Source of the DNA: a virus | Strand: one strand, 5' to 3' | IMG/VR virus record: IMGVR_UViG_3300046167_000921 | Coordinates: 1 to 64,000 of that record | DNA length: 64,000 nucleotides | Shown: positions 10,183-19,182 of the stretch, one piece after another | Position numbering within the stretch: the first letter of the stretch is position 1 | Layout of the letters: every line of letters begins with the position of its first letter | Program-made: the position numbers and the translations under genes | The notes under the pieces: generated by a model | Told to the model about the DNA's origin: nothing | Seen by the model: only the letters and a program-made list of their open reading frames with translations | Database searches by the model: none

Positions 10183-10216
10183 AGCCCTGCTCCCCATTCG
10201 GGGGGTGGGGCTTTTT
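10183..10216 (+). terminator. Terminator fused to a TTTATATAGG promoter-like element
   Basis: AGCCCTGCTCCCC-attc-GGGGGGTGGGGCT-TTTTGTTTATATAGG. Confidence 0.85.
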
Positions 10217-10295
10217 GTTTATATAGGTGTCCTTGTAGAGTATTGATAATAGAGACAACAGTAGAAACAAGACAACTAAGAAGGAGGTAAGCCAC

Positions 10296-11384
10296 ATGGC
10301 GACATACACATATGAAGACCTACACCCCAGAAACAATTACTTTGTGGCCGAAGTATACGGTCACGTCCGAGTTGAAGACATTGACCGTTGGATGAGGACT
10401 GGGGTTTGGGCCGAGATGGACGAGATTTTGCATGAATTTGAGGTGTACAAAGAGGCAGAGGATTTCGTCCGAAGGACAAATGCAGAAGCAAAGAGCATCA
10501 TAGAGGATGTGGAGCGTAAGGGAGAAGAGAGTAAGCACGTTGAAGAGGAGGAGGACGACGAGGGCTATCCTACTTTCTATATAGAGTATGTTTTCGATCG
10601 AATTGATGAGAGAGAAGTCTCTGGGCTTGATGGTCACTTCTTTAGCGGTGACACGTTTAAGATCGGGAAAACCAAAGGGTATGAAAAAAATAATCTCAGA
10701 GGTAAGGAATTTAATAATTGCAAATTCATAGGAGGGGGTTTAGAGTTTGATGAGTGCAAGTTCTTCAACTGCACATTCAGTGACGTAAACTCCATTACTT
10801 TTTATTATTCTCGCTTTGAAGACTGTGACTTCACGCAGTCTTCAAATATCCTCTTAGATCCAAGAGGAGGTGAAGAAATCATAAGATGCAAGTTTGATGG
10901 GGCGAGACTCAAAGAGCACATAAAATATTATCTACTTAATTTATCTGGGACTTCGGGTTTTTCAGTAGAAGACACAGACCCTAAGGGAGACCGCAGAAGA
11001 AACCTTTCAGAGGAAATGCTAACGGTTGAAGAAATAGCGTCAATTAGAGAAGAGGAAGAGAGAGAAGAGGAAGCCCGAAGAGTGGCAATCCAAGACATCA
11101 CACGTCGCGTCTCCAGAGCTAAGAAAGACAAAGAGTTGGAAGCTCTCGCTCAAGAAGTGGGTGCTCTACAAGCCCAACCTCAGTATGTTAAAGAGTACAA
11201 GAAAGTCCTCAACGACCTCCAAGGGGAGATCGAGAAGAAGTATTCTGTTTTAGGTAAGGGTCTTAAGTATCTGAAGAGACTCTTCGGCAGAGGTAAAAGG
11301 GCATCACAGGTTCGCATTGCTTCTCAGATGAATAGAGAAATTCAGAGAGAGATCAAAGCTCTGAAGAGAGACCTTCGTAAGTAG
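10296..11384 (+). CDS. Acidic N-domain plus degenerate pentapeptide repeats plus shared C-terminal module
   Basis: NNCKFIGGGLEFDECKFFNCTFSDV...SRFEDCDF; module 11071-11384 nearly identical in DNA to 9844-10157; AAGGAGGT SD. Confidence 0.9.
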   Translation: MATYTYEDLHPRNNYFVAEVYGHVRVEDIDRWMRTGVWAEMDEILHEFEVYKEAEDFVRRTNAEAKSIIEDVERKGEESKHVEEEEDDEGYPTFYIEYVFDRIDEREVSGLDGHFFSGDTFKIGKTKGYEKNNLRGKEFNNCKFIGGGLEFDECKFFNCTFSDVNSITFYYSRFEDCDFTQSSNILLDPRGGEEIIRCKFDGARLKEHIKYYLLNLSGTSGFSVEDTDPKGDRRRNLSEEMLTVEEIASIREEEEREEEARRVAIQDITRRVSRAKKDKELEALAQEVGALQAQPQYVKEYKKVLNDLQGEIEKKYSVLGKGLKYLKRLFGRGKRASQVRIASQMNREIQREIKALKRDLRK

Positions 11385-11420
11385 CAGATCACTTATTTAG
11401 ATGCTGATCCTATTTAAGAA

Positions 11421-11458
11421 AGCCCCGCTTCCCTATCATTGGGAGGTGGGGCTTTTTT
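11421..11458 (+). terminator. Terminator fused to promoter-like element
   Basis: AGCCCCGCTTCCC-tatcatt-GGGAGGTGGGGCT-TTTTTGTTTATATATAGG. Confidence 0.85.
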
Positions 11459-11518
11459 GTTTATATATAGGTGTCCTTGTGGAGATGTGACAATAGAGAT
11501 ACATGAAATCAACTAAGG

Positions 11519-12454
11519 ATGAAAACAATGGCTAACCCAAAACACTTAGAAAGAGTCCTCGATGGATCATATGTTCCCAGAGCGGATCTCACAAATGCGG
11601 ATCTCAGAAATGCGGATCTCAGGGATGCGGGTCTCTGGGATGCGGATCTGACAGGTGCGGATCTCAACAATGCGAAACTCATTGGTGCGAGTCTTCAAGG
11701 TGCGTATCTTATAGATGCGAAACTCAAAGGTGCGAATCTTATAGATGCGAAACTCAGCAAAGCGAAACTCAGCAAAGCGAAACTCAGCAAAGCGAAACTC
11801 TGGGGTGCGAATCTTATAGGTGCGGATCTATCAGGTGCGGATCTGACAGATGCGAAGCTTGGAAGAGCGATCCTTACTAATGCGGAACTCATAAATGCGA
11901 AACTTGAACGTGCTAACTTAAGTAAAGCGGATCTCAGACGTGCGAATCTCCATCAGGCTAAACTTATAGGTGCTATTCTTACTAATGCGAATCTTGGCGG
12001 TGCGGATCTCAATCTTGCGGATCTTTCAGGTGCGGATCTGACAGATGCGAAACTCAATGGAGCGGATCTTCAAGGTGCGATAGGTATACCTCTGTCCATC
12101 TCTGATAGATTCCCCCACAAAGGAGAGACGGTAGAGGAAAAAGCCCGAAGAGAGACAATCCAAGATGTCACCAAACGTGTCTCCAAAGCTAAGAAAGACA
12201 AGGAGCTGGAAGCTCTCGCTCAAGAAGTGGGTTCTCTACAAGCTCAACCTGATTATGTTAAAGAGTACGGAAAAGTCCTCGAAGACCTGCAAACTGAAAT
12301 CGAGGAGAAGTATTCTGTTTTAGGTAAGGGTCTTAATTATCTGAAGAAGCTCTTCAGCAGAGGTAAAAGGGCTTCGCAGATCCGCGTAGCTAGTGAGATG
12401 AATAGAGAAATTCAGAGAGAGATCAGTGAGCTGAAGAGAGACCTCAACAAGTAA
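11519..12454 (+). CDS. Pentapeptide-repeat protein plus shared C-terminal module
   Basis: Paralogue of 9222; about 90 bp of upstream/start sequence identical to 9151-9242. Confidence 0.92.
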   Translation: MKTMANPKHLERVLDGSYVPRADLTNADLRNADLRDAGLWDADLTGADLNNAKLIGASLQGAYLIDAKLKGANLIDAKLSKAKLSKAKLSKAKLWGANLIGADLSGADLTDAKLGRAILTNAELINAKLERANLSKADLRRANLHQAKLIGAILTNANLGGADLNLADLSGADLTDAKLNGADLQGAIGIPLSISDRFPHKGETVEEKARRETIQDVTKRVSKAKKDKELEALAQEVGSLQAQPDYVKEYGKVLEDLQTEIEEKYSVLGKGLNYLKKLFSRGKRASQIRVASEMNREIQREISELKRDLNK

Positions 12455-12480
12455 GATATCGCAGTACTAGAGTTTAAGGA

Positions 12481-12517
12481 AGCCCTGCCCCCTATTATTG
12501 GGGGGTAGGGGTTTTTT
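12481..12517 (+). terminator. Terminator fused to promoter-like element
   Basis: AGCCCTGCCCCC-tattatt-GGGGGGTAGGGGT-TTTTTGTTTATATATAGG. Confidence 0.85.
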
Positions 12518-12577
12518 GTTTATATATAGGTGTCCTTGTGGAGAATTGATAATAGAGATACATGAAATCAACTAAGG

Positions 12578-13426
12578 ATGAAAACAATGGCTAACCCAAA
12601 CGACTTAAAAAGAGCCCTCTATGGAGATAAGGATCTTCACTACGCGGATCTTTCAGGTGCGAATCTTATAGATGCGAAACTATCGCGTGCGGATCTTGTA
12701 GGTGCGGATCTCAAAGATGCGAAACTATCAGGTGCGGATCTTGACGGTGCGTATCTCAATCATGCGGAACTTATAGGTGCGGATCTCTCTCATACTACAC
12801 TTACAGGTGCTCGGCTCAGGGATGCGTATCTCACAGGTGCGTATCTTATAGATGCGAAACTCATAGATGCGAATTTCAGTGATGCGAATCTCAGCAAAGC
12901 GGATCTCAGGGGTGCGGATTTCTGGGGTGCGATTCTTACTAATGCGATTCTCAAAGATGCGGATCTTGAAGGAGCAAAACTAGACGATGCGGATCTCACG
13001 GGTGCGGATCTGACAGGTGCGAAACTCAAGGGAGCGGATCTGACAGGTGCGAAAGGCATACCTCTGTCCATCTCTGATAAATTTCTCCACAAAGGGGAGA
13101 CGGTAGAGGAAAAAGCCCGAAGAGAGACAATCCAAGATGTCACCAAACGTGTCTCCAGAGCTAAGAAAGACAAGGAGCTGGAAGCTCTCGCTCAAGAAGT
13201 GGGATCTCTACAAGCTCAACCTGATTACGTTAGAGAGTATGAAAACATCCTCGACGACCTCCAAGGGGAGATCGAGAAGAAGTATTCTGTTTTAGGTAAG
13301 GGTCTTAATTATCTGAAGAAGCTCTTCAGCAGAGGTAAAAGGGCTTCGCAGATTCGCGTAGCTAGTGAGATGAACCGAGAGCTTCAGAGAGAGATTAAAG
13401 TTCTCAAGAGAGATCTCGACAAGTAA
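12578..13426 (+). CDS. Pentapeptide-repeat protein plus shared C-terminal module
   Basis: Paralogue of 9222/11519 with different repeat order and number. Confidence 0.92.
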   Translation: MKTMANPNDLKRALYGDKDLHYADLSGANLIDAKLSRADLVGADLKDAKLSGADLDGAYLNHAELIGADLSHTTLTGARLRDAYLTGAYLIDAKLIDANFSDANLSKADLRGADFWGAILTNAILKDADLEGAKLDDADLTGADLTGAKLKGADLTGAKGIPLSISDKFLHKGETVEEKARRETIQDVTKRVSRAKKDKELEALAQEVGSLQAQPDYVREYENILDDLQGEIEKKYSVLGKGLNYLKKLFSRGKRASQIRVASEMNRELQREIKVLKRDLDK

Positions 13427-13463
13427 GATATCGCCGTACTGAGGCATAGATCAGATTTAAGGA

Positions 13464-13501
13464 AGCCCTGCTCCCCTAACGGGGGGTGGGGCTCTTTTTT
13501 T
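13464..13501 (+). terminator. Terminator fused to promoter-like element
   Basis: AGCCCTGCTCCCC-taac-GGGGGGTGGGGCT-cTTTTTTTGTTTATATA. Confidence 0.85.
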
Positions 13502-13545
13502 GTTTATATACCTCTCACATAGCTAAAGATGAGAGGATATGAGCT

Positions 13546-14916
13546 ATGTCACATGGATGGTACAACAGTAGAAGCCCTTGGCCACTCCCTCCTAAGAACA
13601 CAATCGCTGTCTCTCCCTTCAAAAAAGGAGAGATCGACGTGCGATGGGATAACCCAGCATTGCTTCACGGCAATGAAGGCTGGATCATCAGAGGGGTCAA
13701 TATATACAGATCGAGTAACTCTGATAGAGGAACATACTATAGAGTAAACGTAGTCCCTGTAGGAGGTAATCTCTATAGGGATCAAATGCATACTTGGACT
13801 GTCCATGAGGAAGTAGTACAAGGCTCCGCATGGATCTCCAGAGGCGGGCAAGCAGAAGACCCTTATCGCTTCCTTACAAAGTACCCTATCGCTAAACTCA
13901 ATGGCATATATGATTCAGCAGACTCGTCCAAAGATGTAGTCGTTACGGTAGACGGTGAAGTCATACCCGTCGCGAGAGTCTTGGGCGACCTGCGACAAGT
14001 GGTTCTCTACTACAGAGGTGTTCCGACAACTGATGCCGTCACTCTTAGAGAGAGCAACATTCTAGAGATCACAGATCAGTCTGTAGTTAAAGTCAGCTAC
14101 CTAGCATACGATCCAAGCACAAGACTTGGCGTTGGCGTGGACAGGAGAGACTTCTATAGACTTACTACAGTGGCAGAAGATCCTCTAACAGGGAGACTCC
14201 ATGAGACCCCGTTGGATCAATGTCAACCTTTCTCTGACAGGGAGGTTGAGAAGATCGACTACATCTGGAGAGAAGGCATCCGTAGGAACAATTGGATCTT
14301 AGAGCAAAGCGGTGAGAGGGTTAAGTTGTTCACCCGTAAGCAAGTGGGAGAGCCTTGCTTCTGTACAGCTTTCAACAGGGAGACATTATCGTATGGGAAG
14401 CAACCTGACAGCCTTTGCAAGATCTGTTTTGGTACAGGGATTAAAGGTGGCTATGAAGGCCCTTATGACATCATCATTGCTACGGATGAGACGGAGAAGA
14501 GGATTGTTCAAGAAGACAGAGGTCGGCGTAAAGAACACTCCTATGAGATCTGGATCGGACCTAGTCCTATCGTGTCTCAGAAGGACTTCATTGTTAAGAC
14601 TAACAATGACAGGTACTCTATAGGTGCTGTCAGATACCCTTCTAATAGAGGTAATATTCTCCAGCAACACTTTAACATTGCTTATCTTGACAGCGGAGAT
14701 ATGAGATATAACTTCCCTGTAGACGGAGTTCCTGTATATTGGGCAAAGACTCAGTATGGGTATTGGCCACAGAGAGACACTTACACTGCGAGATCTGATG
14801 CTAAGTATCCTCTTATTGGAGACAGTGCTTATCCTTCGGGTGCGAACAGGCCTGATGTATCAGATTCTGTAGAGCGTAAGGGTAGAACAGCGGCTTGGGA
14901 AAATCAGAATTACTGA
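13546..14916 (+). CDS. Putative head-completion/neck protein with an N-terminal beta-sandwich domain
   Basis: RVKLFTRK..GEPCFC...CKICFGTGIKGGYEGPY Zn-finger motif and beta-barrel-like C-half typical of myovirus head closure proteins. Confidence 0.6.
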   Translation: MSHGWYNSRSPWPLPPKNTIAVSPFKKGEIDVRWDNPALLHGNEGWIIRGVNIYRSSNSDRGTYYRVNVVPVGGNLYRDQMHTWTVHEEVVQGSAWISRGGQAEDPYRFLTKYPIAKLNGIYDSADSSKDVVVTVDGEVIPVARVLGDLRQVVLYYRGVPTTDAVTLRESNILEITDQSVVKVSYLAYDPSTRLGVGVDRRDFYRLTTVAEDPLTGRLHETPLDQCQPFSDREVEKIDYIWREGIRRNNWILEQSGERVKLFTRKQVGEPCFCTAFNRETLSYGKQPDSLCKICFGTGIKGGYEGPYDIIIATDETEKRIVQEDRGRRKEHSYEIWIGPSPIVSQKDFIVKTNNDRYSIGAVRYPSNRGNILQQHFNIAYLDSGDMRYNFPVDGVPVYWAKTQYGYWPQRDTYTARSDAKYPLIGDSAYPSGANRPDVSDSVERKGRTAAWENQNY

Positions 14917-14939
14917 TTTATATTTAAGAGAGGTGCCCG

Positions 14940-15494
14940 ATGAAATTTGATGCCCGTAAACTCAAGAACCCACCCCGTCCAAGAAGTAAAAAGAATTGGG
15001 ACTTACGGAGCTACAAGCCACGTAAGAACAAGTTCAGTGATGTTAAAGCCCTGAAAGGCGAAGCTATCACTAAAGATGTGATCAAGATCTTCGGGGAAGA
15101 GATTGTCAAGGCGGTAAAAGAGGAGGCAAAGAAAGCTTCTGGCAAAGGGGCGGGCATCCCTAAAAGCCAAGACTTCTATGACTCGTTCTCTTACGAGATC
15201 ATCAAAGGAGGCAAGATCAAGATTCAAAGTACTTGGGATTGGGTGAATAAGTACCTTGAGCGTAAAGATCCTTATGAAGCAAAGTGGCTTGCTAGGAGAC
15301 GGGGTGAAAATAAGGTCATCCCCCTGAAGACTGAGACAGGAGAAGTGATCTTTAGGCAAGCTCCCCTAGTTGGGTCTAAAGGTTGGATTCACCCAGCTAT
15401 TGCGAAGTACAACTTCGTGGATAAAGGTATAAAGGTGGGGGAAGAGAGAGCGGTGCGAAGGGCGATAAACTACTTCAATACGAAGAGTCAATAG
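14940..15494 (+). CDS. Putative neck/virion morphogenesis protein (HK97 gp10-like)
   Basis: Basic protein with VIFR and WIHPAIAKYNFVDKGI motifs; follows the head-completion gene. Confidence 0.45.
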   Translation: MKFDARKLKNPPRPRSKKNWDLRSYKPRKNKFSDVKALKGEAITKDVIKIFGEEIVKAVKEEAKKASGKGAGIPKSQDFYDSFSYEIIKGGKIKIQSTWDWVNKYLERKDPYEAKWLARRRGENKVIPLKTETGEVIFRQAPLVGSKGWIHPAIAKYNFVDKGIKVGEERAVRRAINYFNTKSQ

Positions 15495-15539
15495 TTCTTC
15501 TATAGTGGGAAGGTCTTCTAAAAAAAGGAGACACCCACT

Positions 15540-16592
15540 ATGAGAAAAATATCAGCACAACAACGGATCGCTTTTTTAGAGCGTAGGATTGCACACCTTG
15601 AGCGTAATGCAAGTTTCACCTCCGATGTGACAGGACTTCTTAAGAGAATTTACAACCTCCCTAAGAACTTCGTCATGAATCTTGTGAACGCACTCAGAGA
15701 AGCGTTTGAGATGCTTGTCCGCCCTCTCTTCAAGAAGATGAAGATCATGGACGACCACTTAGGTGTTCTTCTTGCTATTCGTATCGCCCGTGCATTCAGT
15801 GGTCTCATTACAACCGCCGACGACCTCCCTCAAATTGTCAGCTTTGAGGCCAAGAAGCCTATGGATTCAATCTTCACAGGAGGCATCGCAGGAAAAAAGA
15901 AAGTCTCTCTTAAGAAGCTAGCAAACATGTACGACGGAGAGCAACAGAAGAGGATCAAGGCCGCGTACCTTTCTTGGCACAGTGATTTCAGCCATATCCT
16001 CAACCCTCCTACTTCTCAGAGAAAGCTAACCGAGATAGCTCTTGGCGGACTCAAGAGATATTCTAAGTTGGCGTATCGCCTCATCTCTGTAGCACTTCCT
16101 ATCATTGGAGGCACTCAGCTTGTCGCTACAGGTATTGTGTTTCAGCTTCTTGGAGTCATGGGTACTTACTTCTTTAAGGTAGGCGGCTATTCTGTGGTGA
16201 AGAGTGAAGTGATACCTAAATCAGTGACGCTCGAAATAGGCCCAACCAGGATAAACATTCCAAATCCCGATTTAAAACCTTATGTCAACGATACCCCAAC
16301 TATTTTTCAACCCCCTGAGACGATTGAGATAGAAGTACCAGGTGGGACGAAGACAGTAAACTATGATCAGGTTATCAACCATTCTGCTAACTTTGACGTG
16401 ATGGCAAAACCCTATACTGAGATACTCAAAGCTAATGCAGGGATCATGGTTCTTCTTCTCTCTGTACTTGAGAAGGTCATGTACCGCTGGGTTGTAAAGA
16501 CTGATGAGTTTGATGAGATGGCTAAGACCGCAAGCAAGTATCCAGCGGTTATTCACCTCACAAGAATGCTCAGGTCTGCGGCCTACGCATGA
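15540..16592 (+). CDS. Leader-tagged hydrophobic-hairpin protein (paralogue of 17155 and 1603)
   Basis: RIAFLERRIAHLERNAS leader; KAAYLSWHSDFS; hydrophobic helices; KTAS near the C-terminus. Confidence 0.8.
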   Translation: MRKISAQQRIAFLERRIAHLERNASFTSDVTGLLKRIYNLPKNFVMNLVNALREAFEMLVRPLFKKMKIMDDHLGVLLAIRIARAFSGLITTADDLPQIVSFEAKKPMDSIFTGGIAGKKKVSLKKLANMYDGEQQKRIKAAYLSWHSDFSHILNPPTSQRKLTEIALGGLKRYSKLAYRLISVALPIIGGTQLVATGIVFQLLGVMGTYFFKVGGYSVVKSEVIPKSVTLEIGPTRINIPNPDLKPYVNDTPTIFQPPETIEIEVPGGTKTVNYDQVINHSANFDVMAKPYTEILKANAGIMVLLLSVLEKVMYRWVVKTDEFDEMAKTASKYPAVIHLTRMLRSAAYA

Positions 16593-17158
16593 CCTATTCG
16601 GTGAAATGCACTCATCCTCAGGGGGTTAGGGTTAACTCTCTGAATATCAACTTGTCTGAGGGACAGTCTTTCGATTGCCCTAAGACGACGTATGATACTA
16701 ACAAGGAAGTGCAATTTCTCGTATCATCAGGAATGCTCACCCTTACAGTCAAAGAGAACAAAGGGAAGCTCAGGGTGAACTCAGGCAAGAGGGCTTTAAG
16801 GACTAAGCCTTCTGAAAGAGTAGTGGAGAGAGTAGTTGAAAGGGTTATCGAATCTCCTGTTGACATGGATTCTTTAACGAAGAGCTTGGTTGATCGAATA
16901 GGCAATATATTGTCCCCTGAGGTACTCGCACAGGCGATTGCGGCTCAAATGCCAACTATTAGCGTGAACAGTTCTCAGGTCTCTAATGCCTCTCCTATGT
17001 CTCAATCTCCAGAGGATGACTTGATGTTCATCCCTTCAACTATTGTGAACAAAAACACGGTAGCCTCTAAATCTTCCGCTTCCGAGGTAGTGTCTGAAGA
17101 CAATGATATCGCTTCAGCTATGGAAGCCCTCAAAGCCTTAAGGAAAGGTAAAAAATGA
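16589..17158 (+). CDS. Hypothetical protein with a low-complexity linker and C-terminal amphipathic helix (candidate actin partner)
   Basis: ATGA overlap with the upstream gene; ends DIASAMEALKALRKGKK. Confidence 0.7.
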   Translation: MTYSVKCTHPQGVRVNSLNINLSEGQSFDCPKTTYDTNKEVQFLVSSGMLTLTVKENKGKLRVNSGKRALRTKPSERVVERVVERVIESPVDMDSLTKSLVDRIGNILSPEVLAQAIAAQMPTISVNSSQVSNASPMSQSPEDDLMFIPSTIVNKNTVASKSSASEVVSEDNDIASAMEALKALRKGKK

Positions 17159-18063
17159 TATCAGCCCAGCAACTCAGGGCTCTCGAATTCCGTATCGCTC
17201 GCCTCGAAAAAGAAGCAGGAGTAATTGAGGACTTAACAGGCATCGTGAAACGCTTGCGTAATATCCCTCGAAACATCTTAAAGAAAATAGCGGGGGCTCT
17301 CATAGACTTGGGGTCAACTGCTTTAGTACCCATGAACTTCGAGAATATAGAAGCGATGAAAGAGCGACTAGGCTTGGCTCTAGCGATCAGGATAGAGGGA
17401 GTGGTGACATCAGGTTATCTGCCTACAGAAGACAGTTTGCTCTTAGAAGAATTCAACCTCACAAATCCCATCAAATCTACATTCAGAAAAGACGATATAA
17501 CGGTCTTGCCCCTTGATAAGATGATAAACCGTACTTATGAAGGAGGTCTACAGAAAAGGCTTAAAGCCGCCTATCTCTCTTGGAAGTCTGATTACGGACA
17601 CATCGCTAAAGAAATTTCAAATATTGAATCAGGCAGACCTACCAAAGGCGGGTCTGATGAAGCATTCCTAAAAGCTCTGAAAAGAACTTCAAAGACGCTC
17701 TACAGGTTGCTTAAAGCATTCTTGGATCTAGCTCCCGCTGTTGCAACTGTTGTGTTATCTGGTGCAAATTGGGTCGCTTATAAAGCAGTGTTTTTGTTGA
17801 TGTTCAGACATGGAAACACCTTCTCTCAAATAGAAAATAGCTACTCTAATTTAGGCTTAAGTTTAAGTGGCATCAAAAACTTCTATGGGGGTATTGCAAC
17901 AGGCGGTGTCGCTATGGCTTCTCTTTTGCTCAACCTTGTAGAGAAAGCTTTCTACCGTTATGGTGTCAACGTCGATGCCTTTGATGCAGAGTCGGCAGGT
18001 AAGACTGCTTCAAACTACCCTCGAGTAGCGAGTGTTGTAAGACTCCTTGAAAGCCACGCATAG
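17155..18063 (+). CDS. Leader-tagged hydrophobic-hairpin protein
   Basis: LRALEFRIARLEKEAG leader; KAAYLSWKSDYG; KTASNYPRVAS at the C-terminus. Confidence 0.8.
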   Translation: MISAQQLRALEFRIARLEKEAGVIEDLTGIVKRLRNIPRNILKKIAGALIDLGSTALVPMNFENIEAMKERLGLALAIRIEGVVTSGYLPTEDSLLLEEFNLTNPIKSTFRKDDITVLPLDKMINRTYEGGLQKRLKAAYLSWKSDYGHIAKEISNIESGRPTKGGSDEAFLKALKRTSKTLYRLLKAFLDLAPAVATVVLSGANWVAYKAVFLLMFRHGNTFSQIENSYSNLGLSLSGIKNFYGGIATGGVAMASLLLNLVEKAFYRYGVNVDAFDAESAGKTASNYPRVASVVRLLESHA

Positions 18064-18135
18064 AACTTTGTGGTAGGGCTTTTATCATCTGAGGTTGTAT
18101 AATCTAACAACCCTAGATGATAAGGAGTCTCTACT

Positions 18136-19128
18136 ATGAGCAAAGGTGTAGGTTTAGATATCGGGACAATGAACCTTGTCTCTTCAAGAATGAAGGGAAA
18201 GGAAGTCTCTATCCGCAGGATGAGAGATCTCTTTATTGACCTCCCTGCCACGGCTAAGAAAATGCTGAAGCTAGGATCAGTCTCTTATATTGAATCTGAC
18301 GACCATTTATTGGTTCTCGGCGATGAAGCTATGGAAGTAGCTAATATGTTCGGCAGAGAGGGTCGTAGACCCCTTAAAGCAGGTCTTGTGTCTCCAGATG
18401 AGATTGACTCTCTCACAGTGCTTGGACACATGGTTAAAGACGTACTCGGAGAACCTTCTCATGAAGGTGAGCATTGTTACTTCTCCATCCCCGCAGCACC
18501 CGTAGATGTTCAAATGGATGTGGTTTACCATAAGGGTGTGTTTACCCGCATCGTACAGGAGTGTGGGTACACCCCGCACCCCGCGAACGAGGCTATGGCT
18601 ATTGTCTTTGCTGAGACTGCGAAGGAAGGTTTCTCAGGTATCGGCATCAGCTTCGGCTCTGGTATGACCAACATCGCTCTTGCAATCAATACCATTGAGG
18701 GATTGTCTTTCTCCGTAGCTCGCGGTGGAGATTGGATTGATCAAGGTGCGGCACGTTCTGTTGGAGGTACGGCATCTAAGATGTGTGCAGTCAAGGAGAA
18801 GGGCATTGACTTGAAAGACCCTAAGAACCGTGAGGAAGAGGCGATCAGCTTCTACTACAAGGCTCTTATTGAACACGCATTGGATAACATCGCCCAGCAG
18901 TTCGTAACTAGGGGAGGTCATCTGACGCTCAACAAGCCTATCCCAATTGTTGTTGGGGGAGGTACGAGTCTAGCGGGGGGGTTCATGGACTTTTTCCGTG
19001 AGGTTTTTGAGACGAAGCGTAAGCGTTTCCCTATTGAGATCTCAGAGGTGCGTCATGCCTCTGATCCGTTCCATGCGGTAAGCAAGGGGATGTTGGTTCT
19101 TGCCCAGCAGGAGTATGACGAGGACTGA
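18136..19128 (+). CDS. Actin-fold (MreB/ParM/Hsp70 superfamily) ATPase
   Basis: Phosphate-1 GLDIGT, connect-1 NEAMA, phosphate-2 GISFGSGMT, adenosine VGGGTSLAGGF, connect-2 PFHAVSKG. Confidence 0.85.
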   Translation: MSKGVGLDIGTMNLVSSRMKGKEVSIRRMRDLFIDLPATAKKMLKLGSVSYIESDDHLLVLGDEAMEVANMFGREGRRPLKAGLVSPDEIDSLTVLGHMVKDVLGEPSHEGEHCYFSIPAAPVDVQMDVVYHKGVFTRIVQECGYTPHPANEAMAIVFAETAKEGFSGIGISFGSGMTNIALAINTIEGLSFSVARGGDWIDQGAARSVGGTASKMCAVKEKGIDLKDPKNREEEAISFYYKALIEHALDNIAQQFVTRGGHLTLNKPIPIVVGGGTSLAGGFMDFFREVFETKRKRFPIEISEVRHASDPFHAVSKGMLVLAQQEYDED

Positions 19129-19182
19129 TTTTTTTCTTTTATATGCCCTCTTTCATATAAGATATTAAAAAAAGAGGAAGAT

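Larger units (their letters stand above)
9844..13426 (+). repeat. Four 314-bp copies of the C-terminal module (9844-10157, 11071-11384, 12141-12454, 13113-13426)
   Basis: Each begins AAGCCCGAAGAG and ends at the stop codon; patchwork identity between copies. Confidence 0.9.

Noticed and set aside
9212-13173. Long minus-strand ORFs (SAPVRSAPVRS...) over the pentapeptide genes
   Set aside because: Antisense shadows of the stop-free GCGGATCT repeats; no SD, and they mirror the plus-strand genes
9222-13426. Diversity-generating retroelement explanation for repeat variation
   Set aside because: No reverse transcriptase in the window, and differences are block-wise module swaps rather than adenine-specific substitutions
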